Translations under genes and position numbers: made by a program | Assembly: GCA_004764695.1 (NCBI GenBank) | Contig: SMSO01000032.1 | Coordinates: 5,860,483-5,924,482 of the forward strand | Source of the DNA: Schizochytrium sp. TIO01 | Lineage: Eukaryota > Protista > Bigyra: Labyrinthulomycetes | Direction: 5' to 3' | Length of the DNA: 64,000 nt | Part shown: positions 51,390 to 61,181 of the stretch, one piece after another | Numbering within the stretch: position 1 is the first letter of the stretch | Layout of the letters: the number at the start of each line of letters is the position of its first letter | Notes under the pieces: generated by a model | Seen by the model: the letters and a program-made list of their open reading frames with translations, nothing else | Database searches by the model: none | Told to the model about the DNA's origin: nothing

Positions 51390-51402
51390 GTTAGGGGTTT
51401 GC
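51390..51402 (-). promoter_or_regulatory. Putative early motif GCAAACCCCTAAC (dUTPase)
   Basis: Identical to the RNR2 copy; ends 5 nt before the ATG. Confidence 0.7.
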
Positions 51403-51455
51403 TGATCAAATGCTTGTCCAAACTTACAACGAAGAATTATTTTATAACAATCAAG

Positions 51456-54404
51456 TTATCTATTCACATACAAAACCGTTCGATCTCTTTCCGACTTTTC
51501 TTGGAAGATGATATAGATGAGAATACAAAGACCTAATCCTGATCCGACTGATATGAGAACAATTTTGAGAACATTCTGTACACTCTCTGTATCAGGAGTG
51601 CTGTAATTAGGGTTAACATAGCAAATAGATCCATCCGAGAGGACGCCCGTGCTAATAGCCGTACGTGACTGACTAACGGCTTCACATTTGGCATCCTCGG
51701 AGGAGGAACATTCCTTGATAAACCGGAAATTGGAAAGTAAAGTTGATTCAACACTAGACATACCTGCCAATGTTTCCAAAATGTCAGTGTCAATCGAAAC
51801 AGACTCCCAATCAACAAAAAGGACACAGTCTGTGTCATCCTGTATCATGTAGCCGCGGCAGATTGAATCATTATCAGCACAAATATTCTGACATAACTCC
51901 CGTGCTTCCGTATCAGTCAGGGCCGTTTGGTGGCGAAGGACGTAAGAGGTGGACGCATCACAACGTCGGTTGGAGAGTGTTTCAAAAGAGCCAGATGAAC
52001 TACTAAAGAGGGAGAGATAATCGTATCGGCTGTAACAAATGGATTGATCCAAATTCTCATAGGAGTCGGCTTCGATGTTCCATGTGTCCCGCTCAGGGTG
52101 AGTATAGAAACCATACATACCGGTAACATTCCATCGGTCATTTACATCAACGTACACAAGTGGCTCAAGAGCACCAGCCAAACCCTTATTGACCGTCTGC
52201 CGCCAGAGTGTCACAAATGAGCTATAGTCGTATTTAGCAAAGGCTGCAATAGAGGTATACATGACACACTGAAAGCTTGCAGCAGCTCGATCCAAGAAAT
52301 GTACAGTAAATCCCTTACACACGTCGTCACGTGAGTCACAGTAATCTCTACAGTAGCTCAGTTTGGCATCATCCTTATCTAACACAGTCATATTGACATA
52401 ATCATCCTCGGTGGTATCAATTGCAGTTGATAGTGTTGCCTGAATGGGTGAATAACCAGAGGCACTGGCGCATGATGAACCACCCGAGTACACAAAGGGA
52501 GATGCAGGGTCTAGGTAAGGGTTTGCAATACCAGGCTTTGTTACACAGACAATACTTTCATCATCAGTGTTAGAGATTAATTTACGATCAGCCTGGATGA
52601 GGACAATGGTACGGCTGTTCCAGCTGACTTCCTTATAATCAGAAGACCGCATTGTAGCATCTTCGCGAATGAGGAAATCACATTGCTTATAAAGAGAATT
52701 GGCTGTACGCGTAGTATACTCAATGCCAGCGCACCAATCATCCTCCTGACAACAAATAGAGGAACAGATATCGAAAACCTCACTGTTACTTGTGGGTGCA
52801 CTCAGGCGATACACATAATCGTCCCTTAGAGAACCTGCACAGTTTCCTTCGCGGACATATTTGAGTGTTGCACGACAGGTAGTGGTAGCAAACTCACTGA
52901 TATCACTGCTAACGCCTCTCGTTGTAAGACGGTAGGGTTGAACCTGTGCAGAAGTACATGAGGAAAATGCAGTTGCGTCGCGACAATCAATATCAGAGAG
53001 ACTTTGTGGCCACTGAAGATCACTTCCACCACTGACGAGGTTAGAATCTGATAAAAGTTCACATGTGTTATCATACAAATTATATCCCAAGCAAAAGTCT
53101 GCGTTAAAGCGGCACATTGTTCGACAGCGTCCCTGAGTCCAGGTGCCACCTGTAGGAGTAGGTACTTCAATTGTGACTCCAGAAACAAATGGACTAGAAG
53201 CAATTGTGTTAAGTCCTGCTGTGCAGAAATCATTGGATGTTACTCCTCCTGATTCTGCATTTTCTGAACAATCAATGCTGAAGAGGAACGTGTAGTCTGC
53301 AACTGCAAAGTATTCTGATGCATAGTCATCTCGGACATACAGAGGATAGGAAAGGGAACCATCCACATAATTCATGAACCTAAAATAGCTCGTTTTATTA
53401 TACATTTTCCACGGGCTTAATGCTGACGGTAGTGTTTTCGGTGTAAAGTCGTTGGAAGGAATGATAGTCAGATCTGTAAAATGCTGATGGAGAGTGTTGA
53501 AGAAAGAAATACTAAAGTCTGTATAGGTGGCCATACCGGCTAGTTTAGCAATATCAGTGAGGATCCGGCACACACTTCCATCAAGTTCGAGATAACCCAT
53601 GCATACATTCTCATAGGGGAAAAAAAGTTTCTGACAGGTATCACTACAGTCTGTAGAGTTGGGCAAAAGTTCAATATCCATGATGACGGCATTTCCCTCG
53701 GTACTATCAAAATCAATATCAACATCAAAGTAGTACGTAAACGGCGAAGGAGAGGGTACGGGTAACGCAAGCGGGTCAGGGGCCCGAGAGGAGACAAAAC
53801 TAATGTAAGCGGTTGTGTCTGTGCGGAGACTATCGTCATCGTAAAGCATGCTTTCAATAAAGCTTGCGTTGGGACGGAGTCCTAGGTAAGGATGGGTCTC
53901 ATCGGAAACAGAGCTCACTACCCAATCCTCATTGAGAAACAACATTGTGGCAAGAGGATAGTCAGATAGGTGGGTTGCGTAGTTCTCGGAAGACGGTTCG
54001 GCAACAAGTCCTGGGTATTTATTATGATTTTCGATTGTTGTTCTTTTAAAGAATCGATCAATGGATGATGCCCGCATCCTGTACATACTTGTAAGAGGAT
54101 GACAAATAGCAGAAGGTGTATAAACGACACCAACGCAAATCCACCCCGTATCATTTAAACAGTATGACTTACAGTCTGCAAGTGACGCTTTACTCTCTCC
54201 TCGCATTGTGACAACAAAAGGCAATGAGTACGCAACTTCTGCGGAAGCACCAAGTCGGAACACATGATCTGACCACTCGTAGTCACCTGAGCCCACAGTT
54301 GTGAGAGTCTCTACCGTAAGCTGAGCAAAGGATGCCGTCCTTGCTAGGAGTGCAGCTACAATCGCAATCATACAATTGTATCTCATCATAACCATGTTGA
54401 ACAA
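51456..54404 (-). CDS. Type I membrane protein with about 6 PAN/apple-like modules
   Basis: Repeated CxxxC...C.G.....C pattern (CKSYC, CSDTC, CRTMC, CSSIC, CRDYC, CQNIC); signal peptide; C-terminal TM helix. Confidence 0.8.
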   Translation of the reverse strand: MFNMVMMRYNCMIAIVAALLARTASFAQLTVETLTTVGSGDYEWSDHVFRLGASAEVAYSLPFVVTMRGESKASLADCKSYCLNDTGWICVGVVYTPSAICHPLTSMYRMRASSIDRFFKRTTIENHNKYPGLVAEPSSENYATHLSDYPLATMLFLNEDWVVSSVSDETHPYLGLRPNASFIESMLYDDDSLRTDTTAYISFVSSRAPDPLALPVPSPSPFTYYFDVDIDFDSTEGNAVIMDIELLPNSTDCSDTCQKLFFPYENVCMGYLELDGSVCRILTDIAKLAGMATYTDFSISFFNTLHQHFTDLTIIPSNDFTPKTLPSALSPWKMYNKTSYFRFMNYVDGSLSYPLYVRDDYASEYFAVADYTFLFSIDCSENAESGGVTSNDFCTAGLNTIASSPFVSGVTIEVPTPTGGTWTQGRCRTMCRFNADFCLGYNLYDNTCELLSDSNLVSGGSDLQWPQSLSDIDCRDATAFSSCTSAQVQPYRLTTRGVSSDISEFATTTCRATLKYVREGNCAGSLRDDYVYRLSAPTSNSEVFDICSSICCQEDDWCAGIEYTTRTANSLYKQCDFLIREDATMRSSDYKEVSWNSRTIVLIQADRKLISNTDDESIVCVTKPGIANPYLDPASPFVYSGGSSCASASGYSPIQATLSTAIDTTEDDYVNMTVLDKDDAKLSYCRDYCDSRDDVCKGFTVHFLDRAAASFQCVMYTSIAAFAKYDYSSFVTLWRQTVNKGLAGALEPLVYVDVNDRWNVTGMYGFYTHPERDTWNIEADSYENLDQSICYSRYDYLSLFSSSSGSFETLSNRRCDASTSYVLRHQTALTDTEARELCQNICADNDSICRGYMIQDDTDCVLFVDWESVSIDTDILETLAGMSSVESTLLSNFRFIKECSSSEDAKCEAVSQSRTAISTGVLSDGSICYVNPNYSTPDTESVQNVLKIVLISVGSGLGLCILIYIIFQEKSERDRTVLYVNR

Positions 54405-54500
54405 CGAGGTGTGTCTAGAACTTTTTATAAGTACATATTCAATCCTTCTTTAATTGAACATATAACGTTAATCTTCAAGAAGAGTTTTAAGAAAGCTACC

Positions 54501-56654
54501 ATGGCAATCTTTATTCCTTCGTATGTGACGCTACTCATGGTCTTGTCAGTGGTTTTAAACGTTGCATGTGTATCCTCTGCACTTTCGGTAGAGAGACTTC
54601 CCGATAATGTACAGCTTGGTCCTACGCTTAATGCTCTGAATCGGATGGAGAGTATGAAGCTCACAACGCGTCCATCGCAATATGAGAAACCATCTGTGTG
54701 GGAAATTGTTGATAGCAAGTTCCTCATCAAGCGGATGTGGCAGTCGCCCTATATGATTATGGACTGGGGAACGGCTGAATCTACACGTGACTCTTCCAAC
54801 CCAGTGGTGGTACCAAGCTCCATTGCTGTTATTGAGAAGGATGATACTTCTGGGGAGTGGGTCGATCGAGGTGTTTACTCGTCAAGCAAAATGGGCAGAC
54901 TAGATAATGACTTGTTTGGAAAGGATTTTGCAATTATTTCCAGTCGCTTTTTGGTGACCACAAGCAAGAGTCCTTCTCATGAATCAGGTTCTGCCATTGT
55001 TGTATTTGACATGGATAGTAGCACGATGGACAAGCTTGTGACACCTTTTCAAGTCCTTGAGTTTCCTACGAATGAGAACATTGGTATTGAGGAGAGGGGC
55101 TCTGCATATTTTGTGGTGAATGGCGAAGAATTCACTTTTGATGAAGCAACGAGTAAGTTCGTGAATAGTGATAGTAATCAGTCCGATAATCATGGCGATT
55201 ATGATCCTCTGGCGAGTATTCATACAGAGCGGAGCCAGAGTGATCAGCGGTCATTTGCAAATGCACAGCAAACTACTTTTGGAGATGGATCATTCCTCGT
55301 AGGCCTCGACGAAGAAAATGGTGTAATTAATTTCACCAATACCAATAGTGGCCTTTCAGCAACGATGGTGTGGGATCAAACCATCTGTCATATTTATAGT
55401 ACAGGGGAGCGCCTTTTCTTTTCTACACCATATCAGTACGCACATGAGAGTAACAACTTCACCGCCGTACTACCAGGCTTTTATAGGATGGAGTCCTCTG
55501 GGTTTAGCCTATCAAAGATTGCTACAGTGGAGACTACTGACGCTATTCTAACGAACGTTACTTCTGTACTGAGTCAGTACACATCCAGTAAGCACCCGTT
55601 CAATGCTGCGGCGCAGTTTGCCCAATTCTCCATCAACGATATAGTTGGACGGAACGTAACTCAGCAGCATTTGACTGGATGTGACTTTATTGTAGATAAT
55701 AATAAGGCTACGGGTAGCATTCTAGTATTTAGCGAGTCAGGTCACTTTGCTAAGATTGCCAAGCTGGCTCGTCATTACCCAGGGATTAGTTATGGTGATC
55801 GAGTGAACGCTACGGTCCTGGCACCGACGCACTCTCCGACCAATTCTCCGACCAACTCTCCAACCAATTCTCCGACCGTAACGAGTGCACCTACCAACTC
55901 TCCAACCCTAAGTCCGATTGTAACGAGTGCGCCCACCAACTCTCCCACTTCTCCAGTTGAGACTGCCCCTCCTACTCAAGGGCCTACCAGTGAGACAAAT
56001 GGTACACAAGACGCGCGAAGGATGCTAATTTCAACTGCATCAGATGCTTTCTGGACAGGTGCTTACCTTGTAAAGGTGGGTAGGTCAACCTCTATTCAGA
56101 TTGACACGGTCATTGCTCTGGACCCCAACGCCACAGTGCAAGGTGAGGGGTGGTTTACACCAACTTATTCAAACCCCATGGTATTTGGGTCAAGTGATAC
56201 GGTTTTATCTTCGGCAATGTCCATGGTCTATGTATGGAGTGCTTCAAATAGCTACAGCGAACCTTCGCGCGTTTTGAACCTAGACACCTCACTCATGACA
56301 ACCTCACGCCATTATAAACATCTTAACACAAATCCTTATCGGAAAGGTGCCGTTGAAGGCACATTGCGTTGTGCAGATGCAACAGTAAGTAACTCATGTG
56401 AAGGATCTTACACGCCTGCACCCTACATTACAGGTTTGCCTGGATACATTGCTTGCGGTGATGAGATACAGGGATGCGTTACGTGTGTAAGTACAATCAA
56501 CCGATCACACATTTGTAGGGAGGCTTTGGATACTGATGTTGCGAACCGTGCTTATGCGATTCCAATGACTAAACTACCCACCAACTCGAACAAAAACAAA
56601 TACAGCATTGTCCTGGAAACACAGGAGAACAGTTGGATGATTTATGAAGATTAA
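54501..56654 (+). CDS. Secreted protein with a P-T-N-S linker (ORF open from 54411)
   Basis: Signal peptide MAIFIPSYVTLLMVLSVVLNVACVSS; PTNS repeats; Cys-rich C-terminus. Confidence 0.8.
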   Translation: MAIFIPSYVTLLMVLSVVLNVACVSSALSVERLPDNVQLGPTLNALNRMESMKLTTRPSQYEKPSVWEIVDSKFLIKRMWQSPYMIMDWGTAESTRDSSNPVVVPSSIAVIEKDDTSGEWVDRGVYSSSKMGRLDNDLFGKDFAIISSRFLVTTSKSPSHESGSAIVVFDMDSSTMDKLVTPFQVLEFPTNENIGIEERGSAYFVVNGEEFTFDEATSKFVNSDSNQSDNHGDYDPLASIHTERSQSDQRSFANAQQTTFGDGSFLVGLDEENGVINFTNTNSGLSATMVWDQTICHIYSTGERLFFSTPYQYAHESNNFTAVLPGFYRMESSGFSLSKIATVETTDAILTNVTSVLSQYTSSKHPFNAAAQFAQFSINDIVGRNVTQQHLTGCDFIVDNNKATGSILVFSESGHFAKIAKLARHYPGISYGDRVNATVLAPTHSPTNSPTNSPTNSPTVTSAPTNSPTLSPIVTSAPTNSPTSPVETAPPTQGPTSETNGTQDARRMLISTASDAFWTGAYLVKVGRSTSIQIDTVIALDPNATVQGEGWFTPTYSNPMVFGSSDTVLSSAMSMVYVWSASNSYSEPSRVLNLDTSLMTTSRHYKHLNTNPYRKGAVEGTLRCADATVSNSCEGSYTPAPYITGLPGYIACGDEIQGCVTCVSTINRSHICREALDTDVANRAYAIPMTKLPTNSNKNKYSIVLETQENSWMIYED

Positions 56655-58333
56655 AAGATTTTGCTTTTCTTAGGATTAGGCCTTTCAAAGTCAAATGGCA
56701 CCTTACGCTTGCTATCAATCACAGGAATACCTTGACACCCTGCTCTAATCCACTTTTGTGAGCGTGCAAAATCGACATCGTTATCATAAGTACACTCGAA
56801 ATAGACACCGCTTGATAGCAATAAGTTCAGGTTCGCCTCTTGTTCCATCGTTTGGCGCTCGGAGTCAAATACGATTTTTTTTATAATCAAACGATCCATT
56901 GCCGTGCTGCAAATAATCCTCATGGTTGAGTAATGTAACTCTTGTAGATTAAGTGGGTTGGCATGAAACTGCTGTAGAATAAGTTTCCATTCATCGGAGG
57001 GGCATGTGTCTTTGTCAAGGCTCAACAGCTCGCGTACTCCTGGAAATCGAACAAGCATGTCACACACATGGTTGAAAGGTTTTGATTGTGGGTCTTCGAT
57101 CATTGCGTTAGCACAAAGCGCATGAAGAGCGGCTATACTCACCCAATTCTTGTTAAGTTGATTCCGCCTGAGCAAGTGCTCTAAGAGATCCAGATCATTG
57201 ATGCTAGAAGCACTAAGAACCAACTGGTAGACATGAAGATCTTCTAACTGGAGCTTGCTTTCCCGTGCAATAAACCCCGCAATTTGATGATCTCCCTGTT
57301 CGATTGCACAGGTGATTAATTTAAAGCCATCAATTGCTCGAATCATAGATCCATCGTCGTAGTGTAATAGTGTATCGACAGTGTCACTGTGACCCATACG
57401 AACGGCTATGGTCAAAGCTTCCACACGTGGCTCTACGGGTAACTGACCCGGTTGAAAGGTCAAAAGCATCTCCATAATAGCATCAGAGTCACCTTGAGCA
57501 GCACACTTGATACAAGCGTAGTCATCTGACGCAATGTCTACTCCGTCACGCGCGAGGAGTAATTCGACGACATCATTAAGCCCCTCTAACGAAGCCTCAC
57601 TTAGAACACGATTGTTCGCATCAAACGCACAATGTTGAATAAGTTCCACCACCAGGTCCTCATCCATGATTCGGATCGCATCCAAGACAGCTTCCGTTGG
57701 GAGGAACGGAGTAAACTTGGGCTTGGTATCTGCCACCACATCAAGAAAATAACGTAGTGCGGTGGAACACTTGTTTTCGATTGAAAATTCAATCATGTGA
57801 GTGGTGATCTTTCGCTGTTTTGACGTCGTGCGATACTGCATAAAGCAATCGATGGATCCGACAAGACCGTGTAAAGCCATTTCCTCACACATATAGAGGC
57901 TGTGATCGTGAAATACTTTTCTCTTTGAAGCAAAGAGTAGCTGGAGCACAAGCACTCGTTTGTGCATAATAGCAGTGTGTGTGGCACGAATCAGCGTGTT
58001 ATCTGAGAACACAGCGCTGGCCAAAAGCATGTTGGCGACCTCAACATGACCGCGTTGACACGCTCCAACAAAAGAAGCATCGTTCTTTGCGTGAATATCG
58101 ACCAGTGTAGTGTTCAAAAGATGTGCAACCACATGAGTGTGCCCATTAAAGCTGGCGGCTCGAAATGCAAAATCATCGTCTCCGTTTGGAAAAAGTTCTC
58201 CTGACGAGTGGTGAACTTCTTCAAGACGCATAAGTGAACTAAGATCACCAACGCTTGCGTCGCGCTGATATTGAAGCGTTGCGCTAGTAGTAGTCGTAAC
58301 GTTGCTCATGGTAGCAGTCGTAGTGTTGCTCAT
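56651..58333 (-). CDS. Ankyrin-repeat protein
   Basis: AFRAASFNGHTHVVAHLL, ACQRGHVEVANMLL, ASLEGLNDVVELLL, AVRMGHSDTVDTLL; GCAAAACCTCAAC upstream at 58386-58398. Confidence 0.9.
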   Translation of the reverse strand: MSNTTTATMSNVTTTTSATLQYQRDASVGDLSSLMRLEEVHHSSGELFPNGDDDFAFRAASFNGHTHVVAHLLNTTLVDIHAKNDASFVGACQRGHVEVANMLLASAVFSDNTLIRATHTAIMHKRVLVLQLLFASKRKVFHDHSLYMCEEMALHGLVGSIDCFMQYRTTSKQRKITTHMIEFSIENKCSTALRYFLDVVADTKPKFTPFLPTEAVLDAIRIMDEDLVVELIQHCAFDANNRVLSEASLEGLNDVVELLLARDGVDIASDDYACIKCAAQGDSDAIMEMLLTFQPGQLPVEPRVEALTIAVRMGHSDTVDTLLHYDDGSMIRAIDGFKLITCAIEQGDHQIAGFIARESKLQLEDLHVYQLVLSASSINDLDLLEHLLRRNQLNKNWVSIAALHALCANAMIEDPQSKPFNHVCDMLVRFPGVRELLSLDKDTCPSDEWKLILQQFHANPLNLQELHYSTMRIICSTAMDRLIIKKIVFDSERQTMEQEANLNLLLSSGVYFECTYDNDVDFARSQKWIRAGCQGIPVIDSKRKVPFDFERPNPKKSKIF

Positions 58334-58431
58334 AGTAGGAATGCTTAGTATAACTTTCTTGTTGATGCTGATGTTGATGCTCGGTGTTGAGGTTTTGCTG
58401 AGATATCGTTGATACTGACTTCATCCCGGAA

Positions 58432-58753
58432 TTCCGTCATTTGATTAACTCGGTCTATACCCCCTCAATAAAAGCGATAAAAGCGATAAAAGCGATAAAA
58501 GCGATACCTTTTTGAAAAGTACATGGGCCTCTATCTAGATTTTTTGCAGAGAAAAGTCACTTTACTATGGGAGAGTTGGAGTTTTGGGTTGAGAATTTGA
58601 ATTTTCGGGATTTCAAAATCGATAATCGCATGTCTATTCTACCCCCACCATATTACCTCCTATCAAAGAATCCTCAGATTGGCGGTACCCGAGGGTAGGG
58701 ACCCAGGGCTACTTGTGATTTTCCAACTACTACAAATTTTATATACCATTAAC
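58432..58753 (-). repeat. Inverted repeat, right copy
   Basis: Reverse complement of 49424-49744; (AAAGCGATA)x4 at 58471-58506. Confidence 0.97.
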
Positions 58754-58815
58754 TCTAATAATATTTCTTTGATACTATATGGTACTTTTGATATACTGTA
58801 TAATACTATAGTATT

Positions 58816-60099
58816 TTGTTGAGAATGCTGGAACTTCTTGGAATGTTCCTTGTAGGAATGTTGAACGCTGAAGTCGCATTCGCAACAACTTATTTTGAAA
58901 ATGATATGATTATGACGCAAACACAGCTAAGAGGAACGTATGGTTCAGAGACTCTCCAGAAGGTTCTCCAGAACGGTGAAATTTACCTTGAACCCGAACT
59001 TACGGATAACTCTAGTCTTATTAATACACTTCTAGAAAATAATAATTTGAGTGCGGCTGTTGACATTTCGGCGTCTAGTAGATGGGCTTACCGCACAGAT
59101 GACGGTCTACAGGCTATTGTTCCATATCATATTAATATGACGTATTTCGGAACAGGGACGCGTGATAAAATTACACAATACTTGACAGAAATGGAGTCGC
59201 AAGTAGAATACGTGAAATTTGTTGCATGGGAGGAAGAAGGTAATAGTAATTACTATGAAGATTACGTTGATATAGTTGATTTAAATGATGGCTGTGCGTC
59301 ACGTGTTGGAAGAGTTGGGGGTCGTCAGGTTCTGACTCTTTCAAGTTCAGGTTGCATTTATCCTGGAACAGTCAAGCACGAAATGCTACATGCTATGGGT
59401 TTCTACCACGAACATTCCCGAGGCGATCGAGATGAATATGTTGTCATTCATTGGGATGATATTGAGTCTGGAGCAGAGGTAAATTTCGAGAAAAGAGCCG
59501 ACAGGATTAACACACTTGGAACAGCATACGATCTAAATTCTGTGATGCATTATCATCGAACTGAATTCGCGGTAAGTAATGCTTCTATTACCGCTATTGA
59601 TGATTTCTATAGAGATCTTGGCGCGAGTGATATAGCTCAGAGTGATATTAGGAGAGTGCAGTTGGTTTATCGTTGCGAAGAGACGCGTGATGATGCTGAA
59701 TTTTGCGATCAAGAGTGCCCTTGTCCGGCCGGCCAATTCCCATGTTATAGTGATGACGACTGCGAATCAGGAACGCATTGCTTGATAGAAAACCAAACAT
59801 GTATGGTAGGAACATTTGCACCCACCATGCCTACTCCAGAGCCAACTTATTCACCGACGAATATCGGGGAAACTTATGCTCCTACACAGTCACCCACAAC
59901 ACGGAAACCTACCAATTATCCTACAGCGTATCCTACAGTGGCATCACCAGGTACTTCCGTCACGATAAGCATCGGTGGAAACTTTTTCCCCGAGGTGATT
60001 GGTTTCTTCAAAGACGCAACTCTTTCCAATGTGAACGGTAAACTTATAATTGTATTGATTATCATCACAACTGGACTCATTGTGAGTACATTGCGATAG
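58816..60099 (+). CDS. Membrane-anchored astacin (M12A) zinc metalloprotease
   Basis: HEMLHAMGFYHEHSRGDRD, Met-turn SVMHY, GCASRVGR, Cys-rich module, PT linker, C-terminal TM helix. Confidence 0.93.
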   Translation: MLRMLELLGMFLVGMLNAEVAFATTYFENDMIMTQTQLRGTYGSETLQKVLQNGEIYLEPELTDNSSLINTLLENNNLSAAVDISASSRWAYRTDDGLQAIVPYHINMTYFGTGTRDKITQYLTEMESQVEYVKFVAWEEEGNSNYYEDYVDIVDLNDGCASRVGRVGGRQVLTLSSSGCIYPGTVKHEMLHAMGFYHEHSRGDRDEYVVIHWDDIESGAEVNFEKRADRINTLGTAYDLNSVMHYHRTEFAVSNASITAIDDFYRDLGASDIAQSDIRRVQLVYRCEETRDDAEFCDQECPCPAGQFPCYSDDDCESGTHCLIENQTCMVGTFAPTMPTPEPTYSPTNIGETYAPTQSPTTRKPTNYPTAYPTVASPGTSVTISIGGNFFPEVIGFFKDATLSNVNGKLIIVLIIITTGLIVSTLR

Positions 60100-60138
60100 C
60101 AATATCATCAATAAGTATAATTCATTTTAGTATCATTA

Positions 60139-61092
60139 TTGATACAACTGCAAATACCCATCATGAGCACAACTGAGCCCGATACCCCAAGTGACTCTGG
60201 TGTTGATGATGACTCTGTTAATAAGTACCTCAAAGATCCGGAGCTGAAAAGAGTTTCCAAGGAAAAGAGCAGGAGGAAACTACAAAATTCATTTGCTAAT
60301 ATCTACGTGCAGTATAAAGAGTACAAGGATCGGGCAGAGTCTATCATGGAAAGGCAAAAGAAAGAAATTGACGAACTTAGACGACTCGTTGAGATGCATT
60401 CAAGTAGTAGTAGTAGTAGTAGTAGTAATAGTAGCAATGACCGCAAAAGGGTCCGGGAATTAGAAGACCAACTGGCGCGCTCAAGAGCTGTGAGCTTGTC
60501 TAAGCGGCGTCAGGTGGGTCACAGGAAGCAGCGTCGAACGAATCTACAGGCTAAGATCAAGGTCACTGATAATGTAAATGAGCTACAGGACATGCTTCAA
60601 GATTTCCTAAAGAAGACGTATCAAGTTCGTCTTGACGCGAATAAGACACCTACTGGGTACTCTACATCTGGAAGAAAGATCACTCCTCGCAACATGCTAA
60701 CGGTTATTGGTCAAGATAATGATATTCTACCTGAGTTCAAGGAACGTTTTCGTGCCCTGCGCCAGTCTCAGTTGTATAAGGATATTTTGCAACAAGACAA
60801 CCAAAAGATGGATAACGATATTGCCCAGCGCACTTCAGATTTTCTGGATAACACTGCGAAGGATTATGACTCGGTGGCGGAAGAATTTCCGTCAGACGAA
60901 GAAAGTGGGGATGGAGATTATCAGGAACAGACATCGGAATCGGAATCGGAATCAGAATCGGATGATGAAGACTATGATTCGGACGAAGAAGAGACTTCAA
61001 AAAAGCACAGGAAGCACAAGAAGCACAAGAAGCATAAGGATAGAATGAAAAATGGTAAGCGTAAGAAGTCTCGCAAGCATCATAGACACTAA
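60139..61092 (+). CDS. Coiled-coil protein with acidic tract and K/H-rich tail (first ATG at 60163)
   Basis: Heptad-like regions, poly-Ser, SESESESESDDED, KKHRKHKKHKKH. Confidence 0.75.
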   Translation: MIQLQIPIMSTTEPDTPSDSGVDDDSVNKYLKDPELKRVSKEKSRRKLQNSFANIYVQYKEYKDRAESIMERQKKEIDELRRLVEMHSSSSSSSSSNSSNDRKRVRELEDQLARSRAVSLSKRRQVGHRKQRRTNLQAKIKVTDNVNELQDMLQDFLKKTYQVRLDANKTPTGYSTSGRKITPRNMLTVIGQDNDILPEFKERFRALRQSQLYKDILQQDNQKMDNDIAQRTSDFLDNTAKDYDSVAEEFPSDEESGDGDYQEQTSESESESESDDEDYDSDEEETSKKHRKHKKHKKHKDRMKNGKRKKSRKHHRH

Positions 61093-61181
61093 ATTTATTG
61101 AAATTATAAAATGTATAAGTTTAATTCTTAAGTGAAACTATTGTACTGTCAATTTCATTTTAAACCAATTAAGGATAAACT

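Noticed and set aside
49424-58753. Autonomous DNA transposon or Polinton with terminal inverted repeats
   Set aside because: No transposase, integrase or protein-primed PolB inside and no target-site duplication; the cargo includes an ordinary viral dUTPase
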